Notes: a model not told the origin generated them from the sequence alone. DNA of 64,000 bases from Azolla caroliniana (GCA_043228905.1 JBHGNT010000020.1:8990001-9054000); one strand, 5' to 3'. Shown: positions 1 through 12,376, numbered from the stretch's first letter. Numbers and translations are program-made.

Positions 1-796
1 AATTTCTATACGAAAGTATATGGTGCCGATATGGGTGTCCAATTGAGTTGGTAAGTGAACAAGGTACACATTTTTTTAATAAGATTGTACATGAATTATC
101 TACATATTATGCAGTGGTTCATAAGAAAAGTACTCCTTATTACCCTCAAGCCAATGGGCTAGCGGAGTCAACAAATAAAATGCTGCAAATGATACTCAAG
201 AAAATAGTCAATGAAAATCGTGCAGATTGGGATCAGAAATTGAATAGTGCCTTATGGGCATATAGGACTTCATATAAAACTTCTATCAAATCGACTCCTT
301 TTTGCATGGCATTCAGGTTAGAAGCCATAATGCCAATAGAGTTTCAAGTTCCGACACTCCGAATTCAAGTGACAGAAAGGTTAGATGAGCTACAATCGGA
401 ACAAATTCGGAAAGCAGGATTATTATTACTAGAGGAAAGTCAGATATATGCTATGATAGATTTAGGGCGGAAGCAACAACAAACAAAAGCATTTGTGGAT
501 CATCAGAAAAGCAGTTCGCAATCGGAAAACCAGTGTTAGTATTTCAAACAGAAACGGGGTCTATGACGGGGAAGCTTTGATTTTGATTGATGGAACCATT
601 CTGGATTGTTAATGGCAGAAATGGTACGTATCAAGTTGGAATGTTGTCTAGGGACATTCTACTGAAATGGGTAAATGTTTTAAGCTTAAACCCTATTTCG
701 GGTCAATACCGGAGAACCCCTTTCAGGCTACATCCTCTACAACGTGACGTGGTAGACGTCGCACAAAAAAAAAAAATCTTGGCAAAGAATAACTAA
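1..796 (+). pseudogene. Ty3/gypsy integrase core and C-terminus (degenerate, runs off window start)
   Basis: ORF 48-539 has rve motifs (SEQGTHFFN, STPYYPQANGLAESTNK, WDQKLNSALWAYRT). The frameshifted C-terminal part (GPF/W...NGTYQV) lies at 587-796. Confidence 0.9.
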
Positions 797-1135
797 CTAT
801 TATTATCTTGACAAAAATAAGTAACTGTCACAAAAAGAAATATTGGGGAAATCTTTGTAACACTATAAGTAGCCTAGGGGTAATAATGCATGTAGACTTT
901 AAACAAGTAGTGGAGCCATTATTACTATTTTTAGACTACTACTTACATTAATAGTAGCATTTTCTAGTTCCTACGCATCATGCAACGATTCATTTCCTTA
1001 AAACCTATTTCTTCATCTTCTATGCCAACAACGCAACGATAGAAGCGTATACGTGCTGAAAAGTTTTTTGCTCTTCCGCGCCATAGCCTTAAGTTTTCTT
1101 CACAAAACTCTGATCTTTCTCTCGAAGATGACATA

Positions 1136-3627
1136 ATGCCAATCCCTATTCCCGATAACCTATGCCAGTGGCTCGTAAACAAGAAACTGCAGGGTTTCCT
1201 CAAGGTTGCAAAGGCAGAGCCCCACCCTCGTGCGACAAAACTTTTGCAGCAGATCGACGTCTCCAAAATAACGAACAAACAAGTATGCCTAGTTTTGGAA
1301 TTAAAACGAGAAGGCTTTCATGATGTACAGAAAATGGACAAGGATATGCTCAGATCATATTTTGGAGAATATTCTCCCTCGGCCAAAGCTTTTCAAACAC
1401 AAGGGTGGGGAGGACGAATTTTTTCATGAAGTGGCCAAATTTTTGTTAGAAGTGGGTTTTGTTAATCCCTGATTTTACTATATGCCCTAAAAGAGAGCCG
1501 GCTTCATAATAGCCACGTACGAGGGCAAAGTTTTTGACTAGGGGTTGCTGTCAGCAGAAGCTATGTGGGAGCAGCTCCATGGGGTGCAAAAAGGGAAACC
1601 AATGAAACCGATCTTTGCTCGTTGGTTGTCGGTGCTTTTTCCGACATAGAGATCGGAAAATCAACAAGAACATCAAAGGCCGCCATGGCCACAAACAACT
1701 TCCCGACCCCGAAGACTGGTACAACGTGAGGAGTGGCAGGAACCAGAATCGACGCAAGTTGATGCCACGCAACCGGAAAACAAACCACAACAACCGGTAC
1801 CCTCACAAGTTCCAAAGTTGTCACAAAATCCCCAGCCAGACTTTGTACCTGTCCCACAACCAACTCCACAATCGCCCCAACCTGTAGAACCTCACCAACC
1901 GACGCAATGACAACATCGGGTAAAGCAAAGGGCTCAGCGCTTTCCGCAAACTCCACAAGAGGAACCTGCACAGAAAAAACAAAGAACATAGGAGCAAGTT
2001 ACGCAACCCACACAAGTACCAGGTGTCGATCCAAACAACACAACCAGACTTCAGAAAGGGAAGTTGTCGGTAACAATAGTGAGGGAAGCAACTGCATTCT
2101 CTGACATTCCTCCAGTTGCACATGAACTTGCCACCAATCTACAATTCGGCACTTCCTATGAATTAGTAGAGTGGTTGACCCATAGATTATAGGAGGTGTC
2201 AGAGAGAATGACACATGAGCATCGGGATTAGATAATGATCAAGAAATCATTAAGTGGAGCTATTGAGCCGTAGGAGCAGTTGGAGGTCGATCGGATCGGC
2301 CGATAGCGGAATGTGAAAAATAAGGGAGAAGTCATCCAAATCCCACCATTGCATGAGGCTCTGGTAGAGGTACATAGGGAATATGAAAAGGCAAGCAGAG
2401 CAACCAAAGATATGGCTGATTTGTATAAAAAGGCAATGGCAGCATCGGAAATTTTGAATGCTCAATGCATAAATAAGCAAGCCGAAAACCAGCAGATAAC
2501 GGAACGACTTCAACATGTAGAAGAACAACTGTGGAAAACAACGGAAGAATTGTTGCAACAGACTTCGTCAAGCAAACCCTTGGAGTCTGACCCAGATCTA
2601 CAACAAAAATTACAACAGGCAGAATCAACACTCAAGGAGGCAGAAGTCAAAGTTGAGAAAGTCGAAAACCGATCAAAGAAAATGAAGGATCGGTTACAAT
2701 TAACAAAGACGGAAGTCGGCAAATGGCTAGATGTTAAGGACAATTTGATTCAAAGGTTGTGCCGACAGTTAGCACAACAATAGGAAACCATGCACCAACA
2801 CGCAAAACAGGTCGAAGAGCTCGAAGAGTATATCAAAATCTAGGAGGAATATTGCGCTGAACAGTTGGTAGAAAAGGGAACTTTGCTTACTCAACTAAAT
2901 GAGAAATATGCTCAACCCCAAGAGGAATGGGCTTCCGCAAAATCAAATTTAGAACAACGGTGTGCAAACCTGGAAGTCATCTCCAAACAACGACAACTCG
3001 ACTTATTAGGCGCTCAAGCACAGCTGTTGCAGGCAGAAGGTGCAACCAATGCACAGATCACTGATTTACGGAAGGCATTGGCAGAAGCATAGTTGAGGAT
3101 GAGTATGGACGAGGAAAAAATATGCACAATATTAAAACACCACAAACTCAACACCTTGAAAATGGTCACTAAGTTGGAAGACTTGGTCGGCACAAGCAGT
3201 AGAATTTCAACTTCTACGAGCCAACAGGGACAACCGGAATGCACAAGGACAAGGTTTCTTCAAGATGATGGAAGACGCAATATCAACTATTCAAGAAGAT
3301 ATTGCTAAAGATTTGTTTGACATGGCAGGTTGTCACCGCGAAGAAATTGGTCAACTCATGCAAGAATTCGATAAGCATGACATCGACATAGCTGTTCAGT
3401 TGGACGCCTTTGAAGCCGAAAGACAAAGCCAGATTCCAGGGCTTGGCGCACCAAAGCCAGTTGCACCATCACCACCACGACCATCGACCGAGGATACACA
3501 ATAACCTACAAATTCAGACGACGACGACACGGAAAGCCAACAACACGAACCTTCCTTGTTTGATATTTTGCAAGACGAAGTTGAAGATGAATTGGACGAG
3601 GACCTTCCTTCTGACCAGCTGGCGTAG
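1136..3627 (+). pseudogene. Degenerate extra ORF 3' of pol in the gypsy element; long coiled-coil protein with acidic tail
   Basis: Series of sense ORF pieces (1136-1429, 2313-2783, 2865-3092, 3093-3308, 3265-3504), rich in E/Q/K/L with heptad-like spacing, lying between the integrase and the LTR. Broken by stops and frameshifts. Confidence 0.6.
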
Positions 3628-3687
3628 AACGATACTGTGGGTTTAGGGTTACCCGAACAAAGGGGGTGGACAAACATAGTGGGGAAG

Positions 3688-4137
3688 CGTCGGAGTCGGA
3701 GGTTCAGAGTCGAAGTCGAAGTCGGATCGAGGAAGAGGATCGATGAGTCATCATAATAATTAATACCGAAAAGTATAGTTAGTTACAAGTTTTGTAGTTC
3801 TTGCCGATAGGGCAATATGTATTTCTTGATGAGGAAGTCATTGAGGTTTCCTATAAAAAGGAACCGAAGACATTGTAAAATCTATCGTTTTACTTTTAGT
3901 AATATAAGTTTAGTTGTAGGAATTCTCGGTGTGCAACTGTTTATTTTTTCTGTTATTTAATCTACTCTGCTACAACTGTATTACGTAAGTAACGATCTCG
4001 ATGTCTGTGAAACATCGATAAGACTACAGTAGCTTAATATCTATTCGCACAACCACAATTCTTTGAAAGACTGTTTAGTACGAACGTTCAGACGTTGTTG
4101 TGTGTCGACGACCGAGTCGGTTGTCGACCGAACAACA
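3688..4137 (+). mobile_element. Probable 3' LTR of the gypsy element at window start
   Basis: Follows purine tracts (agggggtgga, agtggggaag), has TATA-like cctataaaa near 3850 and ends ...aacaaca at 4137, where LINE-like sequence begins. The 5' boundary is approximate. Confidence 0.5.
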
Positions 4138-4542
4138 CATGGGACTACACATGTTGCACCTAACTACAAAACCATATTCTTTGCGGAACGGGGAAACCGT
4201 ACACATTGATACATGTTAGAACCCATACTGTTATCTACCATTAGAACCATTGCTTCCATGCGACTTAGCTCACATGCATTGCGATGTGAGACAGGGCATT
4301 GGGGCACAAGTGATGAGAGTGGTCGGCTATGCACACTTTGCCCTAAACAAGTTCGTGAATCTGAGTATCACACTTTGATACAATGGTCTACCTTTGATCA
4401 TATTCGACCATGCTTTCCACATCACTTCGACCAAGCCCAATCCTTGCATGAATTCCTCTCACAACCACAATGTGCACTCTCGATTGCAACATTCATTGGT
4501 AAAGTTCTTGAACATCGAGAGTCACTACTCATTTTCACACGT
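4138..4542 (+). mobile_element. RTE/L2-type non-LTR retrotransposon, C-terminal ORF fragment
   Basis: MRLSSHALRCETGHW...RLCTLC...ESEYH zinc-binding C-terminus. Homologous to 57757-58650. Continues at 9530 after the gypsy insertion. Confidence 0.75.
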
Positions 4543-5304
4543 TGTCGCGCGTGCATGGAGAAAGGCGGGACCACGGTGGTCTTGGACTAGGGAGTGATGG
4601 AGCGTAGGAAGTCGTGCTTCATTGTTTCTGGGGCATCCCAGAAACACCTCGGGAGCAACCGAAGGGAGAGAGAGTGAGATAGTGAGTGAGAGCTTAACGC
4701 CGACACACGCGCACACACGCGCACACACGCACACACAGCCCGACCCGACTCACGCCCTTATGTACAGGAAACGCAGGAAAGGGGAAGCACCCGACACCAA
4801 CGAAGACGCGAATATACACAGACAGACGCAAACATATATATGTATATAAAAGAATACATTCCCGACTTTGAGCCGTTCCAAGGCAGGTTACAGTAGTCGT
4901 CGGCTGCCAAGCCGCCGTCGAGGAGCTCACGGGCTTGTCGCGCCGAGCAGGGTCTTGTGCAGGAGATGAGCTGAAGCAAACCCTAAGCAAAACACGAAGG
5001 GGAAGAAGAAGGAGAACAAGAAAATCTAACTCTAAACCTAATGGTATACCCTCTAATGCAAAACGAGCAACCCTTTCACAAAGGGCATTCCCTTCCTTTT
5101 ATAGAACAAGGAAAGGGATGCGTTACAATGTGGGACAAATCCCGACTTACATGGGATCTTCTACCCCGACTTGACTACTCTTCGGCGCCATAAAGGTGCC
5201 CTCGATATTCACATTAACTGTACACGGGTGCGTACACACACTGCACCCCGCCGATGTAGACAATGCTTCCCGGTTTCCACCTCTGGCCGAAATTCTTCAC
5301 GACA
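4543..5304 (-). repeat. 3' LTR (762 bp), same subfamily as the partial LTR at 11919-12354
   Basis: tgtcgcg...ttcttcacgaca, adjacent to the PPT (reverse complement aggtgggggcgga). Confidence 0.8.
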
Positions 5305-8300
5305 TCCGCCCCCACCTAACCGCACATCCTCTGGTATGTGCCAAAACATAGGGGACAGAACACGAGATTTTCGGCCACGACGACCGACCGAGTCCTTAGC
5401 GTCCTCGTGGGCTTGCCTGGCTTTGTCTTCCACTTCGAGCAAGACCACCCCGTCCACACGAACCGCCGCCGCCTTTCGGCCCACCATCCTCGCCGAATGG
5501 TCTCGAACCGTCGGCACCATCCGATCTGCCACACTCGACGATGTTCGCCGAGTCGTTGCCTCCACCCGATCCGCCACGTCCACCGTGGATCCTTGAACCA
5601 CCGACTACATCCGACCCGCCGTATCCGATGCCCGTGCTTTCCTCCCCGTTCGGTCCTCCCGAACGCCGTCGCCGACCCGGTTGCTCTTCCTTTGTCCGCC
5701 TCGTATATCCTCCGGATGCGCTCCCGGTCGCATGCCGGATTCCGCCCTTTGCGTGCCACACCTCGGCGTGCCGACTCTCTTCGCTCCGCGCTTGCCTTCC
5801 GTAGGCTTTCCCCGTATGTCGATGTTGCCCTCCGAATGCGTGCTCGTGCTTCGGTCCTTCGATGACCCCATCAAGCATTTTTCTCTTTCCCCTTTTTCGC
5901 CGTGCTCTCTTGTAGTAGAGCGTATTGTCATCCCGACCTCCGTGTCGGTGTCCCTCGAGGCTCTCGTTATCACCTCGCCTCGAGTTGCGCCCTCTTGGCC
6001 CGCTTGGCCTTGTATGCCCTCCGGGAAGCCGCCGCGCTTTCTCTTCCCGGTGTATACCCCGTTGTTCTCCGCGCATCTCCTCCGTTTTCCTAGATACGAC
6101 TCTCCGCTCATGCCGATCGCTCTCGGCCCATGTCGTCGATCTTGGTGTTTCGCCGCGCCATCCTTCGTCCCGCGCTTGCCTCTCGAAGGCTTGACCCGAC
6201 CGTCATCGTCGGTCAATCGTTGTCGCGCATCCGCCGTATGCATGCTTGTGTCTTGGCCCTCCACCAGCTGTATTGCATGCATCTCGTGTCGTGCTTCCGC
6301 CGTAGACCCGACCTCCACGTCGGTCTCCAACTCCTCGCCGCCACCCACCGCTTCTTCTTTCTCCTTTCGATCCACGACCGCTGATGCCTCACGGGTAGGT
6401 GTGGAGGGTTCCTCCCACTCTCGGTTCACCACCGAGTCCTCGCCTCTCAAAGGCTCAATCGGTCCATCGTTTCCGGTCACTCATTGACGTTCTCTCGGAT
6501 GCATGCTCGTTCTTGGGCCCTTCACCGACCATAGTGCATGCTTCGTGTTACGCCCTTCATCCGCCGTAGACCGGACCTCCACGTCGGCCACTTCTTCCTC
6601 TGTCACCGTAGCCCGTTCTGACCCGAGCTCGCCATCTTGGACCCGCTCGTCCATCATCTCATACCGGATACCCGCTCCGATAACTTTGTCCGCTTCGGCC
6701 TCCAACTCCTCGCCGCCACCCGCCGTCTCTCCAGTCTCACGTTGATCCGCAACCGCCGAAGTCTCTAGAATGGGTGTGTAAGGTCCCTCTCGCTCTCGGT
6801 CTTCTAGCAAGCCGTGATCACCGTGCCCACTAGGCCTCCTTCTCGCTCTCACTGGCTCCCACCGTAACCGTACCCGGCCGGCTACGAATCAATCAAACAA
6901 TCCCGGTCTTGCCAGCTTCCTTCGGTTCGTGCCCGGTTGACCGGCGCCCGCTTCACTCTTCTTCCGCTCCGCCTCCCGGTCGGGTCGGATTACCGACCGG
7001 CTCATCTTTCGGTCGGGTCGGTTCCCGACTCGCTCCTCGATGCCGCTCCGGACCTCTCCTTCGGTCTTTTCGCACGTGCCCACTCCGGGCCTCTCATCCT
7101 CACGGCCACCACCCATCTCCCTGGTCTTATGTCTGCGCTCGGGCGCAACCGCCGAAGTCTCCGGCCCCGGTGTCGAGGGATCTCGCCTCCGTCCGCTACA
7201 AACCTCCTCTTCGTCATTTCGGTTGCCCGCCTTGCCGCCGCCACCGTCCGTCTCTCTAGGTCTCACACCGGCTCTCGGGCCGGTTGCCGGAGTCTCTAGG
7301 ACCGGTGTGTGGAAGGTCGCGGCACCGCCGCTCGTCTCCTCTTCTTCCTCGATTTCGCAAGCCTCGAGTATGCTCGCGAAATCCTCGTAGAACGTTTCGG
7401 GCAACCGCGTCCCGAAACTTTCGCCCACTCTCGAAGTGGCATCCATTGCTCCGTAGATATCGGCCTCATCCATGGCCGTCCTCTTTCCACAAGTCGAGAG
7501 GGTCGCTCGCTCCGCACCCTCTCCCACATCGTCATCGTGGTCGTCCGCCTTGCCGCCGCCACTGTTCATTACCCTAAGTCTCACGCGGGCACTCGGGCCG
7601 GCCTCCGGGGTCTCTTGAACCGGTGCGTGTAAGGTAGCAACGCCACCGCTCGTCGATGCTATGCCCGTAGCCACCTCCATTCGGACGTCGTCGTCCGTGG
7701 CTACCCCGCCTCCGTATATGCAAGCATCAATTATGCTTGCCGCCTCCTCTTCCACGGTCTCCATACCGTTGTCTCGGTTGCCCGCCTTGCCGTCGCCACC
7801 GCTCGTCGCTCTAGGTCTCACACCAGCAATCGGGCCGACCGCCGGTGCCTCTAGGGCCGGCGTGTGTAAGGTCGCGGCACCGCCGCTTGTCTCCTCCATA
7901 CCGTTGTCTCGGTTGCCCGCCTTGCCGCCGCCGCCGCCCGTCGCTCTAGGTCTCACACCGGCAATCGGGCCGACCGCCGGTGCCTCTAGGGCCGGTGTGT
8001 GTAAGGTCGCGGCACCGCCGCTTGTCTCCTCCTCCCTCGATGTTTCGGGCCGCCATGTCCCGAATCCGTAGTTACCACCGCTTGTCTCCTCCTCCCTCGA
8101 TGTTTCGGGCCACCATGTCCCGAATCCGTAGTTACCGGCCTCCATGGCCGTCCATTCGCCGCAAGACGAGAGAGTCGCTCTTTTTGCACCCTCTCCCATG
8201 TCACCATCGTACGCTCTCCCGGCCTCCGTATAGGCCCCGTCTTCTACATCTAGGGAGGCTTCTTCCTCCGCATCCTCCGATCGCCTCCGGCCCGTCTCCA

Positions 8301-8843
8301 TAACAAGCCCTTCTTCGGCTTCGATTTTCCCCTTCACAAGCTCGCATGCCTCCCGTATTAGCGCTTCTAGGTCGAGCTCCTCCGAACCGTTTTGCGTTGA
8401 GCTCTCTTCCGGCGGTAGTGCGTACTCACTCGCCGCTCTCTCTTCTCCGCCGTTCGCGGCCATGTTGTTGTCGACCGCTCCCCATCGGGTTGCCCGCATA
8501 CCCACTTCGGTTTTGTGTATCCGTACGCTTCCAATAGAGCTCCCTCGAAGGACTCCCATGACTCGTGAGCTTCTCGTAGCTCCTTGACGTCCTTGTGCAC
8601 CGATACGGCCGCCACTCGCGGAAAATACTCTAGTCGCATCGCCTCGTCCACGCCCCCTTTCGCCATCTCGGCCTTGTAGGCTCCCAAAATTTTTAGGACC
8701 TCATTCCCATTGAACCGGCCGACTCGATCGACCACCCTTTCGACGGCTTGTTGAGACGCATCTCGCTTCGCCATCTTCCGTCCGGCTTCCATCACGATCT
8801 TTGCCATCATCTCCTCGAAGTCAAAGTCTTCTTCCATCTCCAT
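5209..8843 (-). pseudogene. gag N-terminal domain followed by ~1100 codons of acidic/Gly-rich repetitive frame
   Basis: 8367-8843 is homologous to gag at 48607-48939 (FxGxxxxxxLxxYxAEM...FPRVA...WExFxGxLLExYG). ORFs 6889-8559, 6481-6852, 5605-6480 and 5209-5601 share one frame separated by stop codons. Confidence 0.6.
7210..8136. repeat. Internal tandem repeats: ~135-bp unit (about 4 copies) and a 60-bp duplication
   Basis: The peptide GGAATLHTPALEAPAVGPIAGVRPRAT...KAGNRD is repeated. The 60-bp unit occurs at ~8018-8077 and 8078-8136. Confidence 0.85.
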
Positions 8844-8858
8844 GCTCCCTTGCCGCCC

Positions 8859-8876
8859 TTCACGTCGGGTTCACCA
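8859..8876 (-). promoter_or_regulatory. Primer binding site, tRNA-Trp
   Basis: The plus strand reads ttcacgtcgggttcacca, matching the 3' 18 nt of plant cytosolic tRNA-Trp(CCA) as I recall it, 4 nt from the LTR. An identical site is at 48961-48978. Confidence 0.8.
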
Positions 8877-8880
8877 AATA

Positions 8881-9529
8881 TGTCGCGTTACTACGCGCGT
8901 GCGTGGAGAAACGAGGCGGGACCACCGGGGTCTTGGACCGAAGAGCAGGTGATAGAAGGGGAAAGAGAAAGAGAGAGGCGCCCTGTCACGTATGAGTAAG
9001 AAACACAGGGGCACGGCCCGTCAACACAGAAGACCCGAAGGGACATAGAGACAGGGAGACACAAGTGTTTGTATATTAACGAATAACAGAATACACAATA
9101 GAGCACGCGAGCGGTTACAACCGAACATGCTGGCGAACAGATGTCGATGCCTGTTCGTCTGCGCACGAAAGGAGAAAAGGGTGGAGGTGCTGCCGAAAGC
9201 ACACGGGTGTTCCTCGAAGCAGCGCGAGCCTCCCGAAAACCTGCAGAGAAGAGCGATGGAGAACGAACAGAGGAGAAGCGTTCAGTTACGGTCCGACAGC
9301 ACTTCGTCCTCCTTAATGCGCGATGCCTTCTCCCTGCGTCTCCCTCTCCTTTATAGCGTCAAGAAGGGAGCCGTCTCCTTCATTTACTTCCTACCTACCG
9401 AATCTAACTACCCAGGATATCTCTATGTACCTAATTCTCTATTATATACATTAAGAGCGCGCACACGTGAAGAGCCGGTTCATGTGCGCTATGCACCGAT
9501 TGCGCCAAGGGACGGTTTTCTTCACGACA
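8881..9529 (-). repeat. 5' LTR (649 bp), related to the LTRs at 42605 and 48983
   Basis: tgtcgcgtta...ttcttcacgaca. Shares gtccgacagcacttcgt and other blocks with the 42605 element. Confidence 0.85.
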
Positions 9530-9622
9530 ACGTATCATGTGAAATGTCATATTTTTTGTCTCATAGGTCATATTTGACCTCTGAAGATGATAATATAATC
9601 TATCTATCTCTCTCTCTCTCTC
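9530..9622 (+). mobile_element. 3' UTR and microsatellite tail of the RTE/L2-type LINE
   Basis: ttgtctcataggtcatatttgacctctgaagatg...(tatc)(tc)n aligns with the 3' end at 58764-58830. Confidence 0.7.
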
Positions 9623-10916
9623 TTTTGGTAAAAGCACACAGTTATATTAATTGTATGTAAAATCCACTTAGTTACAACACTTCTTAGTCTCCTATACCTA
9701 TCATATGCCTATGTAGGGAGAGGGATGTTTTGTAATGCTATTAAAAAACTTGAATATGCATTTGAGGAAATGATCCCCACATGCTCTAACATCCAAAAAT
9801 TTCACATGAGAATACCTTTCAGCTTCTTTATATAGGCTTTCACCCCATGTCTATTATCAAACAGGAAAGCATTATGCATATTCCAATTGTGTTGTAGACC
9901 CCAATAACGAAAAAATTGGAACAATATCTCCATCTCATCAATTGAACCATTTTGAACATATTGAGAAAAAACCCATTGTTGATGTCTCAAACAACAACGG
10001 GTTAAAACTTGCCAAACGTCCGATACATACTTCCAAATGGTACATGCTATAGGACATTTAATGAACCTATGTGTACTATCCTCCAATGGAACAGTGCAAA
10101 AGAAACAAGTGACAGACCCTAGTCCTCGCCTCTTTAAGGCTGCACCTAATGGGAGCCCATCAATCATGACTCTCCATATGAATACCTTTGCATGAAATGG
10201 TAGATGGGAATGCCAACCATGTTATAATATTTTCCACCACCTTGCATCTGACTTACATACATTCCAAAACTTACACTGCTTTGGGAGATAGCCAAGATAA
10301 TGATGCCCTCACATCATGATACAATATATTTGTGGTGACCTTGGACAAGCGTGTACCATCTTGTAACCGCCAATCCACCCAAGGTGAAAAAATTGTTTTC
10401 AATGGCAAAGATCCTTGCAACAATGGTATATCTTGTCATTTCTCCCAAATAAATCCATATTTTGGGGGAATACATAACCATCGCTTGGCATCTTCAAAAT
10501 CCAACAACCTTTGAGATTCTTTATCAATCACATCTTCCAAATGTACAATCCCCAATCGAAAAAAAGATTGAATTGAGATCTCAACTTCTCTTTCTCGTGC
10601 CAAAACAACACTCGCGAAGAAACAAGCAATTCATTTTGTAATGAATTACAATATTCTCAATCACTTGATGGTTCCCATTCAAAAAGAGATAATGTATATC
10701 TTGCCACGATCTTACCAAATGTTGTCCACATACAGAATGTCGAATCTTTAAAGGAATACTTCCATTGAGTAATGACCAGCAAGATGCTTGAATCTTTGTT
10801 TTCCTGTGCACCAATCCTTCATGCTCAATAAAATATTTCATCATAGATATCCATGGTTGATCTTGTTGACATATATGTCGTAATAATGCAAATCTACGAG
10901 CCATCAAATGCCTTTC
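9623..10916 (-). mobile_element. L1/Tx1-type LINE, 3' part (end of ORF2 with zf-RVT)
   Basis: CFFC...EDSTHRFIKC. The reading ATILDLE|RHLMARRF is restored across the copia TSD. Confidence 0.85.
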
Positions 10917-11330
10917 TGAAAAAAAGGTAGCGTGCGGAAGCAAGTATGAAGACCGAACAAAAGGAAGAAAACTCAGGTTTAATGGAGAGCTTGAGCTTAC
11001 ACAGTATACGCGGGAGAGACAGAGGGAGTGAGAGAGAGAAAACACAAGAACTATATTCAACAAAAACTCACTCTCTATTCACAACTCTCTATACAACATA
11101 TGTGTGTTCAATGAACACTTTTATACAAGTCCTAGAAGGACTGACCGAAGTACTGACAGTACTTCAATACTCATTAAGAGCTCCTACACTAACTCCCAAA
11201 TATATTCCTCACGGAATATCTTTCCTAACGGCCTCCCGGTTTACGCATTCGGCCTAACCGATCGGTCCCAACCGATCCGGTCCTCGGCTTCTTCAACCAT
11301 TCCGGCCGATGTTGAGCTTGTCTCTCAACA
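10917..11330 (-). repeat. copia 3' LTR
   Basis: tgaaaaaaagg...tctctcaaca followed by ctccccctcaagct (reverse complement of the PPT). Confidence 0.95.
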
Positions 11331-11918
11331 CTCCCCCTCAAGCTCAACTTGAGGCTCTTCGGGATCTTCGGGCTCACAGCTCCGGTTCCTCCTGGCTTCA
11401 CGCCTTGCTCGCGCTCCACGGCTTGTTTGATTCCGCGCGCTTTGACCCTTCCGGTCGGCTTGTCTGCTCATGTGGCCCTTATCAGCTCTTCTGTTGTTGC
11501 GGTGTTGACGTTTCTCCTGCTGCCTTTTCTTCCGCTTGGGCCTCGGTTGATTCAGCGTATCTGAATCAAACATCCGAACCGACTCGGCTACCTCCGATCG
11601 GTTTTCGCTCTCGTCCAAGTTGGATGTCTCCAACTCGTCTTCAGTCTTCTCGCCCTCGGTGGCGTCATCTTCCCCATGCGTGGTTGGCTTCGGCTCTCTC
11701 CTTCGGTTGCTCCCCTTCTGTCCGCTTCCGGACTTTTCCGCGGGTCCTCCCTCGGCTTCTTCAACCGATCCGAAGTCCAACTTGACAACCGAGTCAACCG
11801 ATTTGGTGTCACGGTCTCTGCTCCTTTCCTGCTGCCTTGCTTGGTCGTTCGGGACTGTTCTCCCCCTCAAGTTTGGCACGTCGAGGTGACGCAATCCGAA
11901 CGCACCTGAGAATTGCCA
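11331..11918 (-). pseudogene. copia RNase H terminus and charged C-terminal extension
   Basis: WQFSGAFGLRHLDVPNLRGR...VELEGEC continues the ADIFTKPLGLD segment that breaks at ~40900. Confidence 0.75.
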
Positions 11919-12354
11919 GTCTTGCATAGGAGACCGAGCAGCAACAACCCTCAACAGTCCACCCACACCGCGAAGAAGAGGAAGAAGAAGTAGAAAAACT
12001 AACCCTAAATCTAACGGTATACCCTCTAACACAAAATGGGCAACCGGTCTTGCATAGGAGACCGAGCAGCAACAACCCTCAATAGTCCACCCACACCGCG
12101 AAGAAGAGGAAGAAGAAGTAGAAGAACTAACCCTAAATCTAACGGTATACCCTCTAACACAAAATGGGCAACCGTTCATAAGTGACCCCTCCCTTCCTTT
12201 TATAGCCCAAGGAGGGAGGGACCTTACAATGTGGGACAAAATTTCCCCTCTTATTTCTATACCCCCTTTCCTAGTACACGTGTGCACATGTTGCACACCA
12301 CCGACTTGCCCTTTCCACCCTGGTTTCCGCCTATGGACAAAAATCTTCACGACA
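11919..12354 (-). repeat. Truncated gypsy LTR with 128-bp tandem duplication
   Basis: 11919-12046 is repeated at 12047-12174. Ends aatcttcacgaca. Similar to 4950-5304. Confidence 0.8.
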
Positions 12355-12376
12355 ACGCGTAAATACGCGACAATGT

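Larger units (their letters stand above)
4543..9529 (-). mobile_element. Non-autonomous Ty3/gypsy LTR element (gag plus low-complexity ORF, no pol)
   Basis: TG...CA termini; 4-bp TSD ACGT (4539-4542 and 9530-9533); PPT at 5305-5317; PBS at 8859-8876; the flanks rejoin one LINE. Confidence 0.85.

Noticed and set aside
5171-8537. Many overlapping plus-strand ORFs
   Set aside because: Antisense shadows of GC-rich retroelement sequence.
8859-8876. tRNA-Trp gene
   Set aside because: Only the 3' 18 nt are present, positioned as a retroelement PBS.
11325-12350. 341-aa ORF as a real gene
   Set aside because: It is a chance fusion of a gypsy LTR fragment with the copia tail across the insertion junction.
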